From Bacteroidales bacterium (GTDB lineage Bacteria > Bacteroidota > Bacteroidia > Bacteroidales > JAADJA01): DNA of 64,000 nucleotides. The DNA is taken from positions 114,437 to 178,436 of the forward strand of contig JAGVPB010000048.1 of the NCBI GenBank assembly GCA_020052415.1. The letters are read 5' to 3'. Shown here one piece after another: positions 20,247 to 30,005 of the stretch. Numbering within the stretch: position 1 is the first letter of the stretch; each line of letters starts with the position of its first letter. Under the pieces are notes generated by a model. That model ran no database searches, was not told where the DNA came from, and saw nothing but the letters and a program-made list of their open reading frames with translations. Position numbers and translations under genes: made by a program.

Positions 20247-20783
20247 ATGTACCAGCCACAATCGGTTTATACTAAAGTAGCATGGGCAGCTATTCTGAGG
20301 GAACTTACAGGCGAAAAATCCAATAATGATTTTCCGAAGGATTTTCCAAATGAAACGTTAAGCGACAAACGCGGTTGTTTTGTTTCGCTTCATAAAACAG
20401 ACGGCTCACTCAGGGGTTGTATCGGTACTATTGAACCTACTGAATCCGACCTAAAACAGGAGATTATTCGAAATGCCATTTCCGCTTGCTTTCACGATAC
20501 ACGGTTCGATCCGGTAGTACCTGGCGAGATAGACGATATCGAAATTTCAGTGGACGTTCTTACAGAGCCGGAAGAAATTTTCTCCTTTGATGATCTCGAT
20601 CCTCTGATCTATGGTGTTATTGTTTGCGATAAATCAGGGAGACGGGCCGTTTTACTTCCCTCAATCCCATCCATAGATACCGTTGAAAGACAAATTGAAA
20701 TCGTCAAACGAAAAGCCGGACTGGGCCATATCAATGACAATAAGTTAAAGTTTTACAGGTTTACATCGAACAGGTATCATTAG
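20247..20783 (+). CDS. amrA: AMMECR1-domain protein (AmmeMemoRadiSam system protein A)
   Basis: GCFVSLH, LRGCIGT, D.RF.PV, ISVDVL and LLP motifs. Confidence 0.9.
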   Translation: MYQPQSVYTKVAWAAILRELTGEKSNNDFPKDFPNETLSDKRGCFVSLHKTDGSLRGCIGTIEPTESDLKQEIIRNAISACFHDTRFDPVVPGEIDDIEISVDVLTEPEEIFSFDDLDPLIYGVIVCDKSGRRAVLLPSIPSIDTVERQIEIVKRKAGLGHINDNKLKFYRFTSNRYH

Positions 20784-20888
20784 GTTTCAGGTTCAAGGTT
20801 TCAAGTTTCAGGTTTCATCTCGCCGTCGGCGAGACAGGTTTCAGGTTTCATCTTTCATCTCGCAGTAGGCGTGACAGGTTTCAGGTTT
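20783..20888. repeat. GGTTTCA-family heptamer array with two TCTCGCC-N3-GGCGWGACA hairpins
   Basis: Hairpins at 20818-20836 and 20858-20876; same orientation as the 19341 array. Confidence 0.9.
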
Positions 20889-20897
20889 TACTATCCC

Positions 20898-22754
20898 TTA
20901 TAAATCCAAAAACCGCTGAAACAGCACCTGAAGATAAGCTTTACCTTCCATAATTACGGAGTCTTTCTTTTCCGCTACAATACTGATTTCAGCAAAATTT
21001 TCAATTCTCCGGTGATAGACAAAATATCCGTCAGGACACACCCAGCCTACTCCTTCAGTTGCTTCAAAATATGCAAACTCCGGTGTGTATGGATTGAAAA
21101 GGTTGCGACTCCAGAAAAAATCATCATCAGGTAATCCAAGCTGATGGAGCAAGGTTCCTGGAATGTCGTTCTGGGAACTGATCCTGCTCATTTGTATTCC
21201 CCTGTACTCATCCTTTACAACCCCACCGCAGAATAATAACGGTATCCTGCGATAATCCTTTGACAATATTGGCCGGTTGAATTGAGAATTATGGCTGTGG
21301 TCAGCCACGATCACAAACAATGTATTGTCGTACCATCCTTCAAGCCTGGCCTTTCTGAAAAATTCGCCGAGACATTGATCGGTATAATAAACAGAATTTA
21401 AAAAATCATTTTCCGATTCAGCAAATAGGATTATAGTATCCTTTGGCTGGTCGTAAGGCGAGTGGGAACTGATGGTAAACAATTCAGCGAGAAACGGCTG
21501 CTTTTCTGTTTTCAAACCCGATAATAATTCATCAAACATGTGTTCATCAAATATTCCGAGTTTACCCCGCGGGAGGTCAGGATTAAAATCGGTTTCTTCC
21601 AATACACGGTCAAATCCGTTAACCATCAGGTATGATTTGATACCTCCGTATATGAGTTGCCCGCCAAAATAAAAAGATGAAGAATATCCTTCTGCGTTTA
21701 ATATTTTGGCCAGTCCCGGCAATTTGGGTATTTTGTCAAGATGATGTGTCAATGAGGTTATAGGTGTAGCCGGGAAACCGCTATTTACAGACTCAATTCC
21801 CTGCTCCGATCGGTTGCCTGTAGCATACAATTGCGTAAACAAAATACCATTCTTTTCAAGCTTTTTAAATTCAGGAGTTATACCTGCGGCGCCGCTTAAC
21901 GATTCGATTACATCTCCTGTCCAGCTTTCCATAATGAGAATAACTATGTTTGGGCGATTGTTTTTTAAAATTGAGATGGTTGTATCCGTCCTGGTTTCAT
22001 GCAGCCTCACTACTATTTCCTCAGCTTTTTTCTGATCCATGAATTTAAATGGATTTTCGTTTTTGTAAGCAAAGTTTTCATTGGCACTTATTAGAAATGC
22101 ATATCCTGAATTTACTGCAGCAAGGTTTAAAATATTATGTTTAGAATAATAAGACTGGCTTTGGTTTATCGGTATTTCAGCCCATCCACCACGAATCCCC
22201 AGAAATAAAAATCCTGGGGTCAGAATTAACAGGATGGACGGTACTATTTTAAATCCGGTCATAATATTTTTCAGCCGGAAATACCGGTAATAAATAAAAT
22301 ACCATAACAGAACCTGAATAATTAGTAAAACCACGAGGATAAAAAAAATAACGCCGGAAGTGGAATGGTAGATCTCAGCAGGATGGTTCAAATGAAATAA
22401 CGCCTTATAAGGAAGCTTGGTTTTCCATTCCTCATAAATTCCAAGCTCAGCGGTCGTGATAAGGAACGAGGCAATTAAAGCCAGCAGAGTGTATATTCGA
22501 TCAATTAAAAGTAACCAGTTTGAACGAAAAACAGCATAAAGTACCAGTATCACAAAAGTAAAGACCAACAGGTAACAGGCAGTTGCGATATCCAGGGAAA
22601 GGGCGAACCAAAAGCCTTGGAGAGTTTCATAAACGGTGATATGCTCTGCCTTTAGAGTATTGATCTCCCATAAAAGAAAAAGCAACCTGGAGAAACCAAA
22701 GATCAGCATCCAGAAAAACAGGCGCTTTATCAGGTTATACAAGACTTCTTTCAT
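20898..22754 (-). CDS. LTA synthase family / sulfatase-like membrane protein
   Basis: N-terminal TM helices; IRGG, PNIVILIMES, T.SSHSPY and VADH motifs. Confidence 0.9.
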   Translation of the reverse strand: MKEVLYNLIKRLFFWMLIFGFSRLLFLLWEINTLKAEHITVYETLQGFWFALSLDIATACYLLVFTFVILVLYAVFRSNWLLLIDRIYTLLALIASFLITTAELGIYEEWKTKLPYKALFHLNHPAEIYHSTSGVIFFILVVLLIIQVLLWYFIYYRYFRLKNIMTGFKIVPSILLILTPGFLFLGIRGGWAEIPINQSQSYYSKHNILNLAAVNSGYAFLISANENFAYKNENPFKFMDQKKAEEIVVRLHETRTDTTISILKNNRPNIVILIMESWTGDVIESLSGAAGITPEFKKLEKNGILFTQLYATGNRSEQGIESVNSGFPATPITSLTHHLDKIPKLPGLAKILNAEGYSSSFYFGGQLIYGGIKSYLMVNGFDRVLEETDFNPDLPRGKLGIFDEHMFDELLSGLKTEKQPFLAELFTISSHSPYDQPKDTIILFAESENDFLNSVYYTDQCLGEFFRKARLEGWYDNTLFVIVADHSHNSQFNRPILSKDYRRIPLLFCGGVVKDEYRGIQMSRISSQNDIPGTLLHQLGLPDDDFFWSRNLFNPYTPEFAYFEATEGVGWVCPDGYFVYHRRIENFAEISIVAEKKDSVIMEGKAYLQVLFQRFLDL

Positions 22755-22850
22755 TTTGCCAAATTAATTTGCTCTAATAACATCCGGCTCCTATTGATTG
22801 TTCCCTTTTCGCCGGAAGCAATTTCACCATTATGGCCGAAAAAGCTTATC

Positions 22851-23858
22851 CTAAGAAGCAAGGATTTTCTTTGTTAATTTGATTTCATCAGGATTCCCAA
22901 GTACAAATAACTTTGCACCCGGGATAACCAGTGTTTCCGGTTTTGGATTGAGAATGTAGTGCCCATCGGGGGTTTTATAACCAATTATATTTACACCGGT
23001 CATCTTTCTGATCCTTAGTTCATCTATTGTCTTTCTGTTGGCTCCTGCCGGCAATTCAGGGCAAATAATTTCTTCAAGTCTTGTAGGATCCTGTCCATGA
23101 ACCGAAACGTGATCAAGAAATTCAATAATATCAGGACTTGTAACGAGGTTGGCCATGTGGGCTCCTCCAACTCTTTCGGGCATTACAACATTGTTAACAC
23201 CGGCCATTCTTAATTTTCGTTCCGAACTTTCATCAGACGCCCTGCTTATTATAACAAGTTCCGGATTAAGTGACCTTGCAGTTAATACAACATACAAATT
23301 GTCCGCATCTATCGGTAAAGTTGTGATCACCGCTTTGGCTGTTTTAACATGGGCTTTCAGCAATATCTCATCCTGAGTTGCATCACCTTCGACGAAACTT
23401 GCTTCTTTGTCCAGTTGATTCATGATCACATCATGTTTTTCCTCGATGATGATATAGCGGTGATGATGGGCATTCAGCTCTCTTGTTACCTGCTGACCAT
23501 TCCTGCCATAACCGCAAATAATTACATGATTCTGCATTTTTTTTGAATTTTTTATTCGGTTCCCCTTTATTAAAAATCTCAGTTGCCCTTCAAAAAAATG
23601 AGTCGAAATTGCTGTAAGGGCATAGGCATAAGTGGTAAAACTTGTGAGGATAAGAACCATTGTGAATACTTTTCCCGCTGAACTAAGTTCATGAATTTCA
23701 CCAAAGCCAACTGTTGAAATTGTTATGACTGTCATATACAGGGCGTTCAGGAAATTATCCCTTTCGATTATCATGAATCCTGCCACTCCTACCATCATAA
23801 TTGTAAAAAACATAATTAAACCGATCTGTATTTTTGTCCGGTTTGATAATCTCTCCAT
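22851..23858 (-). CDS. Potassium channel protein (2TM pore plus RCK/TrkA domains)
   Basis: Selectivity filter TISTVGFG; HVIICGYGRNG RCK-N motif. Confidence 0.93.
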   Translation of the reverse strand: MERLSNRTKIQIGLIMFFTIMMVGVAGFMIIERDNFLNALYMTVITISTVGFGEIHELSSAGKVFTMVLILTSFTTYAYALTAISTHFFEGQLRFLIKGNRIKNSKKMQNHVIICGYGRNGQQVTRELNAHHHRYIIIEEKHDVIMNQLDKEASFVEGDATQDEILLKAHVKTAKAVITTLPIDADNLYVVLTARSLNPELVIISRASDESSERKLRMAGVNNVVMPERVGGAHMANLVTSPDIIEFLDHVSVHGQDPTRLEEIICPELPAGANRKTIDELRIRKMTGVNIIGYKTPDGHYILNPKPETLVIPGAKLFVLGNPDEIKLTKKILAS

Positions 23859-23920
23859 TCAAAGATGTTTTACTCCACAAACATATATATAAAATTCAAC
23901 GGGGCGGCTTTGCCCATTTC

Positions 23921-25198
23921 TTATTTTTCAACCTGTTTCAGCAATTCATTTCCAATAGCGCAACTCAAACATTTTTTCCGGGAACAATATTCACTTTTCA
24001 GATGGAGCAAAGCCTGTGTATTGAAGGCAGTCCGGCAACTCATTCCAAGTGATTCCCATTTCCTGATTACAGAATTGGATTCTCCGGGGATTTGCTCGAG
24101 AAACCTCAGAGAACGATCGGCAAGCAACTGGTCTTTGCGGGTTTGAGCATAAACAAACATAAATGGAATGACGGTATTGATTATTACCAGGTAAACGGAA
24201 TCCTTCCCGAGTTTCTTAGGCCTTAATGCGGATTTTTTTCCGAATGAAAAATGGTTTTTCCAATACTCTGAAACCGAAACATCAAAGAGTCCGATAAGTT
24301 CCTTGATTGAAACTGCCTCCAGTACTTTTGAGAACAGGTGCGAAGATTTATGGACAAGGTTAGCAAACTGGGCTATGCGGATCGTCGGGAAATTGGATGG
24401 GCGCAAGCGCATGAACCTCCACAAGTGCGGATCCATAGTGGTCAGCCGGTACTTATGCTTAAAAAAGCTATATTCATTATAAAGTTTTTGCTCATATTCA
24501 TCCTTCGTCGTTGACGAAAGTAATCCAGCCTGACCGAAAAACAAGGCTTCCAACTGGAATAAACTGTTTTTATGATTGGCGAGGTAATTTAGCGATAACG
24601 ATTTTGCAAGCAAATCGAATGGCAGTGTATTGACTTTAAAGCCAAAATTCCGGGCAAGGAATTCGTAAAAGGTCCGTTCCCAATTGTTTTTATTGAACCT
24701 GAGCTGTGATTGAATTTCAATTGCTTTGGTTTCGAGCCTTTCGACCAGTAATCTGTCGAGCCAGTTGTTGATCACAAATCTGTCAATATTATTAAACAGC
24801 TTTTCACAGGCGATCCAGTGTCGGCTGTTCATAATATCCTGGTAACATTCGTAAAGCGAATGGTTATAGTTTTTGTTGATTTCAAGCGTCGCCACAGGCT
24901 GTTTGCTTTTTGTTTCAATCAGGCGGTCATCCTGGTGTACAATATGTAAAATAATATTATCATAAGCCTTATCGAGGTGATGTTTATGTGAATACCAGTC
25001 GGAAGATTTAACATGGATTTCAACATTCCCTGCCCAGAGGGTATCATCAATCTTTATTTTCGCATTAAAAAAATCAGGTCCTGAATTGGTATTGTGCATA
25101 CCCGGATCAAGAACAGTAACAGCCTCCCCCGAAACAAGAAATAAATTCGGGTAAAGGAGCTTATACTTCCACAGGTAATGAATAAATTCTTCGGTCAT
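23921..25198 (-). CDS. DUF2851 family protein
   Basis: GPDFFNAKI, WAGNVEIH..SSDW..H.H..D, RLRPSNFPTIR and C-terminal C...C..C.IG motifs. Confidence 0.9.
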   Translation of the reverse strand: MTEEFIHYLWKYKLLYPNLFLVSGEAVTVLDPGMHNTNSGPDFFNAKIKIDDTLWAGNVEIHVKSSDWYSHKHHLDKAYDNIILHIVHQDDRLIETKSKQPVATLEINKNYNHSLYECYQDIMNSRHWIACEKLFNNIDRFVINNWLDRLLVERLETKAIEIQSQLRFNKNNWERTFYEFLARNFGFKVNTLPFDLLAKSLSLNYLANHKNSLFQLEALFFGQAGLLSSTTKDEYEQKLYNEYSFFKHKYRLTTMDPHLWRFMRLRPSNFPTIRIAQFANLVHKSSHLFSKVLEAVSIKELIGLFDVSVSEYWKNHFSFGKKSALRPKKLGKDSVYLVIINTVIPFMFVYAQTRKDQLLADRSLRFLEQIPGESNSVIRKWESLGMSCRTAFNTQALLHLKSEYCSRKKCLSCAIGNELLKQVEK

Positions 25199-25331
25199 TG
25201 GGATAAATTTTTATAAAAATAGTAAAATTTTGAAATGCATGTTAAATATCCTTAAAATTTCTTAAAAACATGGCTTGAACATGTATTATGTTGCTATCTT
25301 CACGTTAAAATTCAGGTTAAAAAATTATAAC

Positions 25332-25994
25332 ATGAAAGCTTTTAAACAATTAGATTTCAATACCGAAAATAAAATTGTTTTCAGTTATGCAGGCATCATG
25401 TGCCTACTTGGTTTTTTCATCCTCCTTTCTCCTGTCTTCGCTCAGGATGATAGTATTCAAAGCAATCAGCCAAAGGTTCATATTGATGTTAAAAGACAAT
25501 ATGACCAGAATGGTAACTTGTCGGAATATGATTCCATTTATTCATGGTATTGGTCAGGGAAAGGCGGTTTACCTTCCGGATTTGGTTCTGTTGATTCTTT
25601 AAGATATTCCTCTCATCCTGATTTATTCAACCAGGACTGGCCTTTTGATCTTAATTTCCAATTTCCTGACTTTCCCGGACTTTTCGATTATAATGTACCA
25701 TTGAATGATTCGCTTGGTATTTCATTTCATGATTTTGATGAATTGCAGAAATACTTTGAGGATAATTTTGATTTCAAAAGTATGATGCCGGATGAAGAAT
25801 TTTTTAAAAAATACGATCAGCAACACGATGAATTCATGGAACGCTACCGGAAGTACCAGAAAGAAAATCAAAAGCTAATTGAAAAGTATTTTGGACGCCC
25901 TTTGCAGGAGACCGACACCATTCCGGGATTTGAGCGGGATAGATATGTACCGGACAGCAAAGGGAGTAATCCTGAAAAGCATGGCAAAATATAG
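25332..25994 (+). CDS. Hypothetical secreted protein (D/F-rich)
   Basis: Signal-like hydrophobic stretch; V.R.YD.NGN...YDS.YSW motif; long open frame. Confidence 0.7.
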   Translation: MKAFKQLDFNTENKIVFSYAGIMCLLGFFILLSPVFAQDDSIQSNQPKVHIDVKRQYDQNGNLSEYDSIYSWYWSGKGGLPSGFGSVDSLRYSSHPDLFNQDWPFDLNFQFPDFPGLFDYNVPLNDSLGISFHDFDELQKYFEDNFDFKSMMPDEEFFKKYDQQHDEFMERYRKYQKENQKLIEKYFGRPLQETDTIPGFERDRYVPDSKGSNPEKHGKI

Positions 25995-26164
25995 TTTAAA
26001 GCCAATGAATAGATTTATCCCTTTTAGCTGAAGTTTCATACCTGTATAATTTGCGTCGTCAGATTTTTAATTCGAAACCTGAGTTTTTTTAAACAAAAAT
26101 TGCTGCCTAAGCCTAAACTCGATATATTTGTACTACTTTAGTAAATTGATTTGGTTTGAAAACA

Positions 26165-26250
26165 TGACACACCATCAGCGAGATGAAACTTGGCCCAATG
26201 GGATGCCTTCGGCAAAACTTATAACAACATTGAACCTGAAACTTGAAAAC
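26165..26250. repeat. Composite of degenerate mini-palindromes and heptamers upstream of rarA
   Basis: GCGAGATGAAAC (reverse complement of the hairpin-element end), CCCAATGGGATGCCTTCGGCA (26194-26214) and TTGAACCTGAAACTTGAAA. Confidence 0.6.
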
Positions 26251-26257
26251 TTAATCC

Positions 26258-27532
26258 TTGAACTCAACCCCGCCTCTGGCAGAAATATTACGCCCCGACA
26301 ACCTTGACGATTACATCGGACAGGATCACATAGTTGGCGAAGGAGCCATTCTCAGGAAAGCCATTGAAACAGGGAATATCCCATCCATGATTTTCTGGGG
26401 GCCGCCGGGAGTCGGAAAGACTACCCTTGCATTCATTATATCAAAGCAACTTCAAAAACCTTTCTTTACGCTTAGCGCCATAAGTTCAGGGGTTAAAGAT
26501 GTGCGGGAAGTAATCAATGATGCCAAAACTAAATCGACCGGTGCTATACTTTTCATAGATGAAATCCACCGGTTCAATAAATCACAGCAGGATTCCTTAT
26601 TAGGGGCTGTAGAAAAAGGGATTATTACATTGATAGGCGCTACCACTGAGAATCCTTCATTCGAAGTCATATCGCCTCTGTTATCGAGGTGTCAGGTTTA
26701 CATTTTAAAGGATCTGGATAAGCAAAACCTTCTTGAATTATTGGGAAGAGGCAAAAATTATCTTGCACAAAAATTCAATCTTAAAATAGAAATCACGGAA
26801 AACGAAGCATTGCTGAGGGTTTCAGGAGGGGATGCCAGGAAACTGCTTAATGCCCTTGAACTTGTAACAAGCGCTTTTTCCGGTAAAGATAAAACAGTGA
26901 TCATTGACAATGAAAAGGTTCAAAAGGTGATCCAAAAAAACCTGGCGATCTATGATAAGTCCGGCGAAATGCACTACGATATCATTTCGGCATTTATCAA
27001 GTCAATGCGCGGCAGTGATCCGAATGCTGCAGTTTACTGGCTTGCCCGGATGGTAGAAGCCGGAGAAGATCCATTGTTTATCGCCCGCCGGATGCTGATC
27101 CTTGCTTCTGAGGATATCGGGAACGCCAATCCAAATGCCCTGTTGCTGGCTCAAACCTGCTTTGAAGCTGTAAATGTGATCGGATATCCTGAGTGTAGGA
27201 TCATTCTTTCACAAACAGCAGTTTATCTGGCATCGTCACCCAAAAGCAATGCATCGTATATGGCGATAAAAAATGCCCAGGAAACTGTGAATTCCACTGG
27301 TGATCTTCCGGTACCCCTTCATCTTCGCAATGCTCCCACACGGTTGATGAAAGAAATAGGATATGGTGATGGATACAGGTATGCACACGATTTTCAAAAT
27401 AATTTCACCGACCTGGAGTTCCTTCCGGATAACATCAGGGGAAAAAAGTTTTATGATCCCGGTGACAATCCGAAGGAAAAAGAAATCAGGGCAAGACTCA
27501 AACAATTATGGAAGGAAAAATACAAGTATTAA
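26258..27532 (+). CDS. rarA: Replication-associated recombination protein A (MgsA/RarA AAA+ ATPase)
   Basis: PLAE.LRP, WGPPGVGKTT, IDEIHRFNK.QQD, GATTENPSF and SAFIKSMRGSD motifs. Confidence 0.96.
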   Translation: MNSTPPLAEILRPDNLDDYIGQDHIVGEGAILRKAIETGNIPSMIFWGPPGVGKTTLAFIISKQLQKPFFTLSAISSGVKDVREVINDAKTKSTGAILFIDEIHRFNKSQQDSLLGAVEKGIITLIGATTENPSFEVISPLLSRCQVYILKDLDKQNLLELLGRGKNYLAQKFNLKIEITENEALLRVSGGDARKLLNALELVTSAFSGKDKTVIIDNEKVQKVIQKNLAIYDKSGEMHYDIISAFIKSMRGSDPNAAVYWLARMVEAGEDPLFIARRMLILASEDIGNANPNALLLAQTCFEAVNVIGYPECRIILSQTAVYLASSPKSNASYMAIKNAQETVNSTGDLPVPLHLRNAPTRLMKEIGYGDGYRYAHDFQNNFTDLEFLPDNIRGKKFYDPGDNPKEKEIRARLKQLWKEKYKY

Positions 27533-28140
27533 TGAATAACCTAAAAATTACGGTTCTTCTGATTCTTTTTGCAATTATTTCTGTCCGGTGTAATTCAGGC
27601 GTGAAAAGGATTGAAGGCGTTCCATTTACACATTCCTATAATACCTGCGAATCTTCCGGATATGATTTCGGTGAAATAATTACCATTGGCGACTCCAATA
27701 ATAAGTTTATGATCAGCCTGCCTTATGAGTGGGACATCCAGGAATCGTATTCTGATACGTTGTATGGAATAATTGCCACCAACACTTATGAAGCTGAAGA
27801 AAATCCGGCCATATTCATGCTGTTATCGGTCACCGGATACAGGACAGAGGATTCGCTTTATCAATATTTTACTGAAGAACTGAGGACCCTGAAGAAGGAC
27901 AAGCAAATGAACGTTCTGGAAGCCGGTGAAATTGACCTTAACGGTAACCACGCCTATTGGATTAAGTTTGAAAATAATGAAAACAATAATAAATTCACTA
28001 ATCTGGTTCACTATGTAAAATCAACTGATGAAAAGGAGATATATCTGATCCATTCCTGCGTGGGCGATATAGACGCAGCTGATGATAAAATCTGTGCATT
28101 AAAGAAATTAGCTGCTTCTTTTGAACTTGTTGATCATTGA
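27532..28140 (+). CDS. Hypothetical lipoprotein, possibly PsbP-like fold
   Basis: Signal peptide ending SVRC; F.ISLP..W and terminal SF motifs; start overlaps the rarA stop. Confidence 0.65.
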   Translation: MNNLKITVLLILFAIISVRCNSGVKRIEGVPFTHSYNTCESSGYDFGEIITIGDSNNKFMISLPYEWDIQESYSDTLYGIIATNTYEAEENPAIFMLLSVTGYRTEDSLYQYFTEELRTLKKDKQMNVLEAGEIDLNGNHAYWIKFENNENNNKFTNLVHYVKSTDEKEIYLIHSCVGDIDAADDKICALKKLAASFELVDH

Positions 28141-28191
28141 GTTTGATTATTGTCGTTTTTATAAATTTGTACCGTTTAGAAAGGAGACTTG

Positions 28192-28339
28192 AGAAATTAG
28201 AAATTAGATATTAGAAATTAGATATTAGATATTAGATATTAGATATTAGATATTAGATGTTAGATGTCGGTTACCAATAAGGAACTGAGAACTCTGAACT
28301 GACTTCAAACATTGAACCTTGAACCTTGAACCTTGAACA
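28192..28339. repeat. Two heptamer arrays in the kdsA leader: 11 x AGAWRTT and 4 x TTGAACC
   Basis: Read directly at 28192-28268 and 28312-28339. Confidence 0.93.
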
Positions 28340-28340
28340 A

Positions 28341-29153
28341 ATGATGCTAACAATACCCAAACTGAAATACACTGATTCCGGAAACTTTTTCCTGATCGCC
28401 GGTCCATGTGTGGTCGAAAATGACGAGATGCCTTTTCAGATAGCCCGCAGGATAATGGCTATTACTGACAGCCTTGAAATTCCGTTTATATTTAAAGCCT
28501 CATATAAAAAAGCAAACCGATCGAGGCTGGATTCATTTAGTGGTATAGGTGACGAAAAGGCATTAACTATTCTTCAGAATATTGGTCATGAATTGAACAT
28601 TCCTGTTCTCACCGATTTTCATACAGCAGAAGAAGCAGCATTGGCTGCAAGGTTTGTTGATGTGTTACAAATACCTGCTTTTCTTTGCAGGCAAACCGAT
28701 TTATTAATAGCTGCAGCAAAGACCGGGAAATCCGTAAATATTAAAAAGGGTCAGTTCCTTTCACCGGACGCCATGAGATTTGCTATTGACAAAGTAATTG
28801 AATCAGGAAACAATAACGTGTTCTTAACCGAAAGGGGCACGACTTTCGGGTACCAGGATCTTGTGGTGGATTACCGCGGTATTCCGCGTATGCAAAAGCT
28901 CGGAGTACCTGTTGTACTTGATTGCACCCATTCGCTTCAGCAGCCGAACCAAAGCGAAGGCATTACAGGAGGCTCGCCTGAACTCATTGAAACCATTGCC
29001 AGAGCAGGCATTGCAGTTGGCGTGGATGGGCTTTTTATCGAAACGCATCCCGACCCGGCTAAAGCCAAGTCAGATGGTGCAAATATGCTTCATCTTGATT
29101 TCCTTGAAAAATTACTTACTAAGCTTGTTAAAATCCGCAAAGCTATAGGCTGA
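28341..29153 (+). CDS. kdsA: 3-deoxy-8-phosphooctulonate (KDO8P) synthase
   Basis: IAGPCVVE, KASY.KANRS, QIPAFLCRQT, KKGQF and D.THSLQ motifs. Confidence 0.97.
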   Translation: MMLTIPKLKYTDSGNFFLIAGPCVVENDEMPFQIARRIMAITDSLEIPFIFKASYKKANRSRLDSFSGIGDEKALTILQNIGHELNIPVLTDFHTAEEAALAARFVDVLQIPAFLCRQTDLLIAAAKTGKSVNIKKGQFLSPDAMRFAIDKVIESGNNNVFLTERGTTFGYQDLVVDYRGIPRMQKLGVPVVLDCTHSLQQPNQSEGITGGSPELIETIARAGIAVGVDGLFIETHPDPAKAKSDGANMLHLDFLEKLLTKLVKIRKAIG

Positions 29154-29181
29154 AAGTATAATTTTGAACTCAAAAATTACC

Positions 29182-29487
29182 ATGAATAATTTGAATGAAG
29201 ACAAAACAGTAGCAATTGTCAGTTATCTGACACTTGTTGGATGGGTGGTGGCATTTGTAATATACGGAAAAAACAAAACCGACCTGGGAGCATATCATCT
29301 CAGGCAGTCGCTGGGGTTGCACATCACTTATCACCTGCTGATGTTTGCTACCATCGTGGGTCAGATACTCTCTGTATTCGTTTTTATTTTTGTGATCATT
29401 GGTTTGATCTACGCCATCCAGGGAGAGAAAAAACCGGTTCCTGTAGCCGGAGATTTTTTTCAAAGCTTATTTAAAGGAATCGGGTAA
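29182..29487 (+). CDS. Small membrane protein (DUF4870-like)
   Basis: K..AIVSY.T..GW..A, YHLRQSLGL and G...A.QG..KPVP..G motifs. Confidence 0.8.
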   Translation: MNNLNEDKTVAIVSYLTLVGWVVAFVIYGKNKTDLGAYHLRQSLGLHITYHLLMFATIVGQILSVFVFIFVIIGLIYAIQGEKKPVPVAGDFFQSLFKGIG

Positions 29488-29520
29488 TATTGATTTTGTG
29501 TTACTATTCAGTCGCATATT

Positions 29521-29969
29521 TTTCCCGCAGATTACGCAGATTATCGCTGATATTCTTTTAGTTTATTTACTTTTCTGAATATACTTTTAGAAATGTCAGC
29601 AGTATTAAAATTTACAAGTATTGCTAACTTTTTTCCGGATAATTTTAGATATGTCAAAACAATTTTATGGTGTACTTCTGCCAGTTGTTCTATTGATTTC
29701 ACCTCAATAATAACTAAGTTATTCACTAATATATCTATTCTAAAGCCAAGGTCTAATTTTTCTTCTTCATAAACTACTGGCATAGGCACTTCTGTTTTTA
29801 CAACCAATCCTGCCTTCCTAAGTTCAAATACAAGAGCAGCAACGTAAACTGATTCTAATAAACCAGGTCCAAGAGTACTGTAAACCTTGAAAATAGCACC
29901 TCTGATAATATATGAAATATCGTTTTCAGTCATTATTTTTCAGCGTTTATCAGCGTAATCTGCGGGAGA
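29521..29969. mobile_element. Putative inverted-repeat-bounded cassette carrying the GxxExxY gene
   Basis: Arms 29521-29550 and 29940-29969 match at 26/30 as inverted repeats and are built from CGCWGATWA 9-mers. Mobility is inferred, not shown. Confidence 0.55.
29541..29933 (-). CDS. GxxExxY protein (PD-(D/E)XK nuclease-like family)
   Basis: LGPGLLESVY, RID..V...VIIEVKS and TYLKL.......LVNF motifs. Confidence 0.93.
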   Translation of the reverse strand: MTENDISYIIRGAIFKVYSTLGPGLLESVYVAALVFELRKAGLVVKTEVPMPVVYEEEKLDLGFRIDILVNNLVIIEVKSIEQLAEVHHKIVLTYLKLSGKKLAILVNFNTADISKSIFRKVNKLKEYQR

Positions 29970-30005
29970 TTTTTCAAACGGGGTTAGTCGTTACGATTTT
30001 TTATC

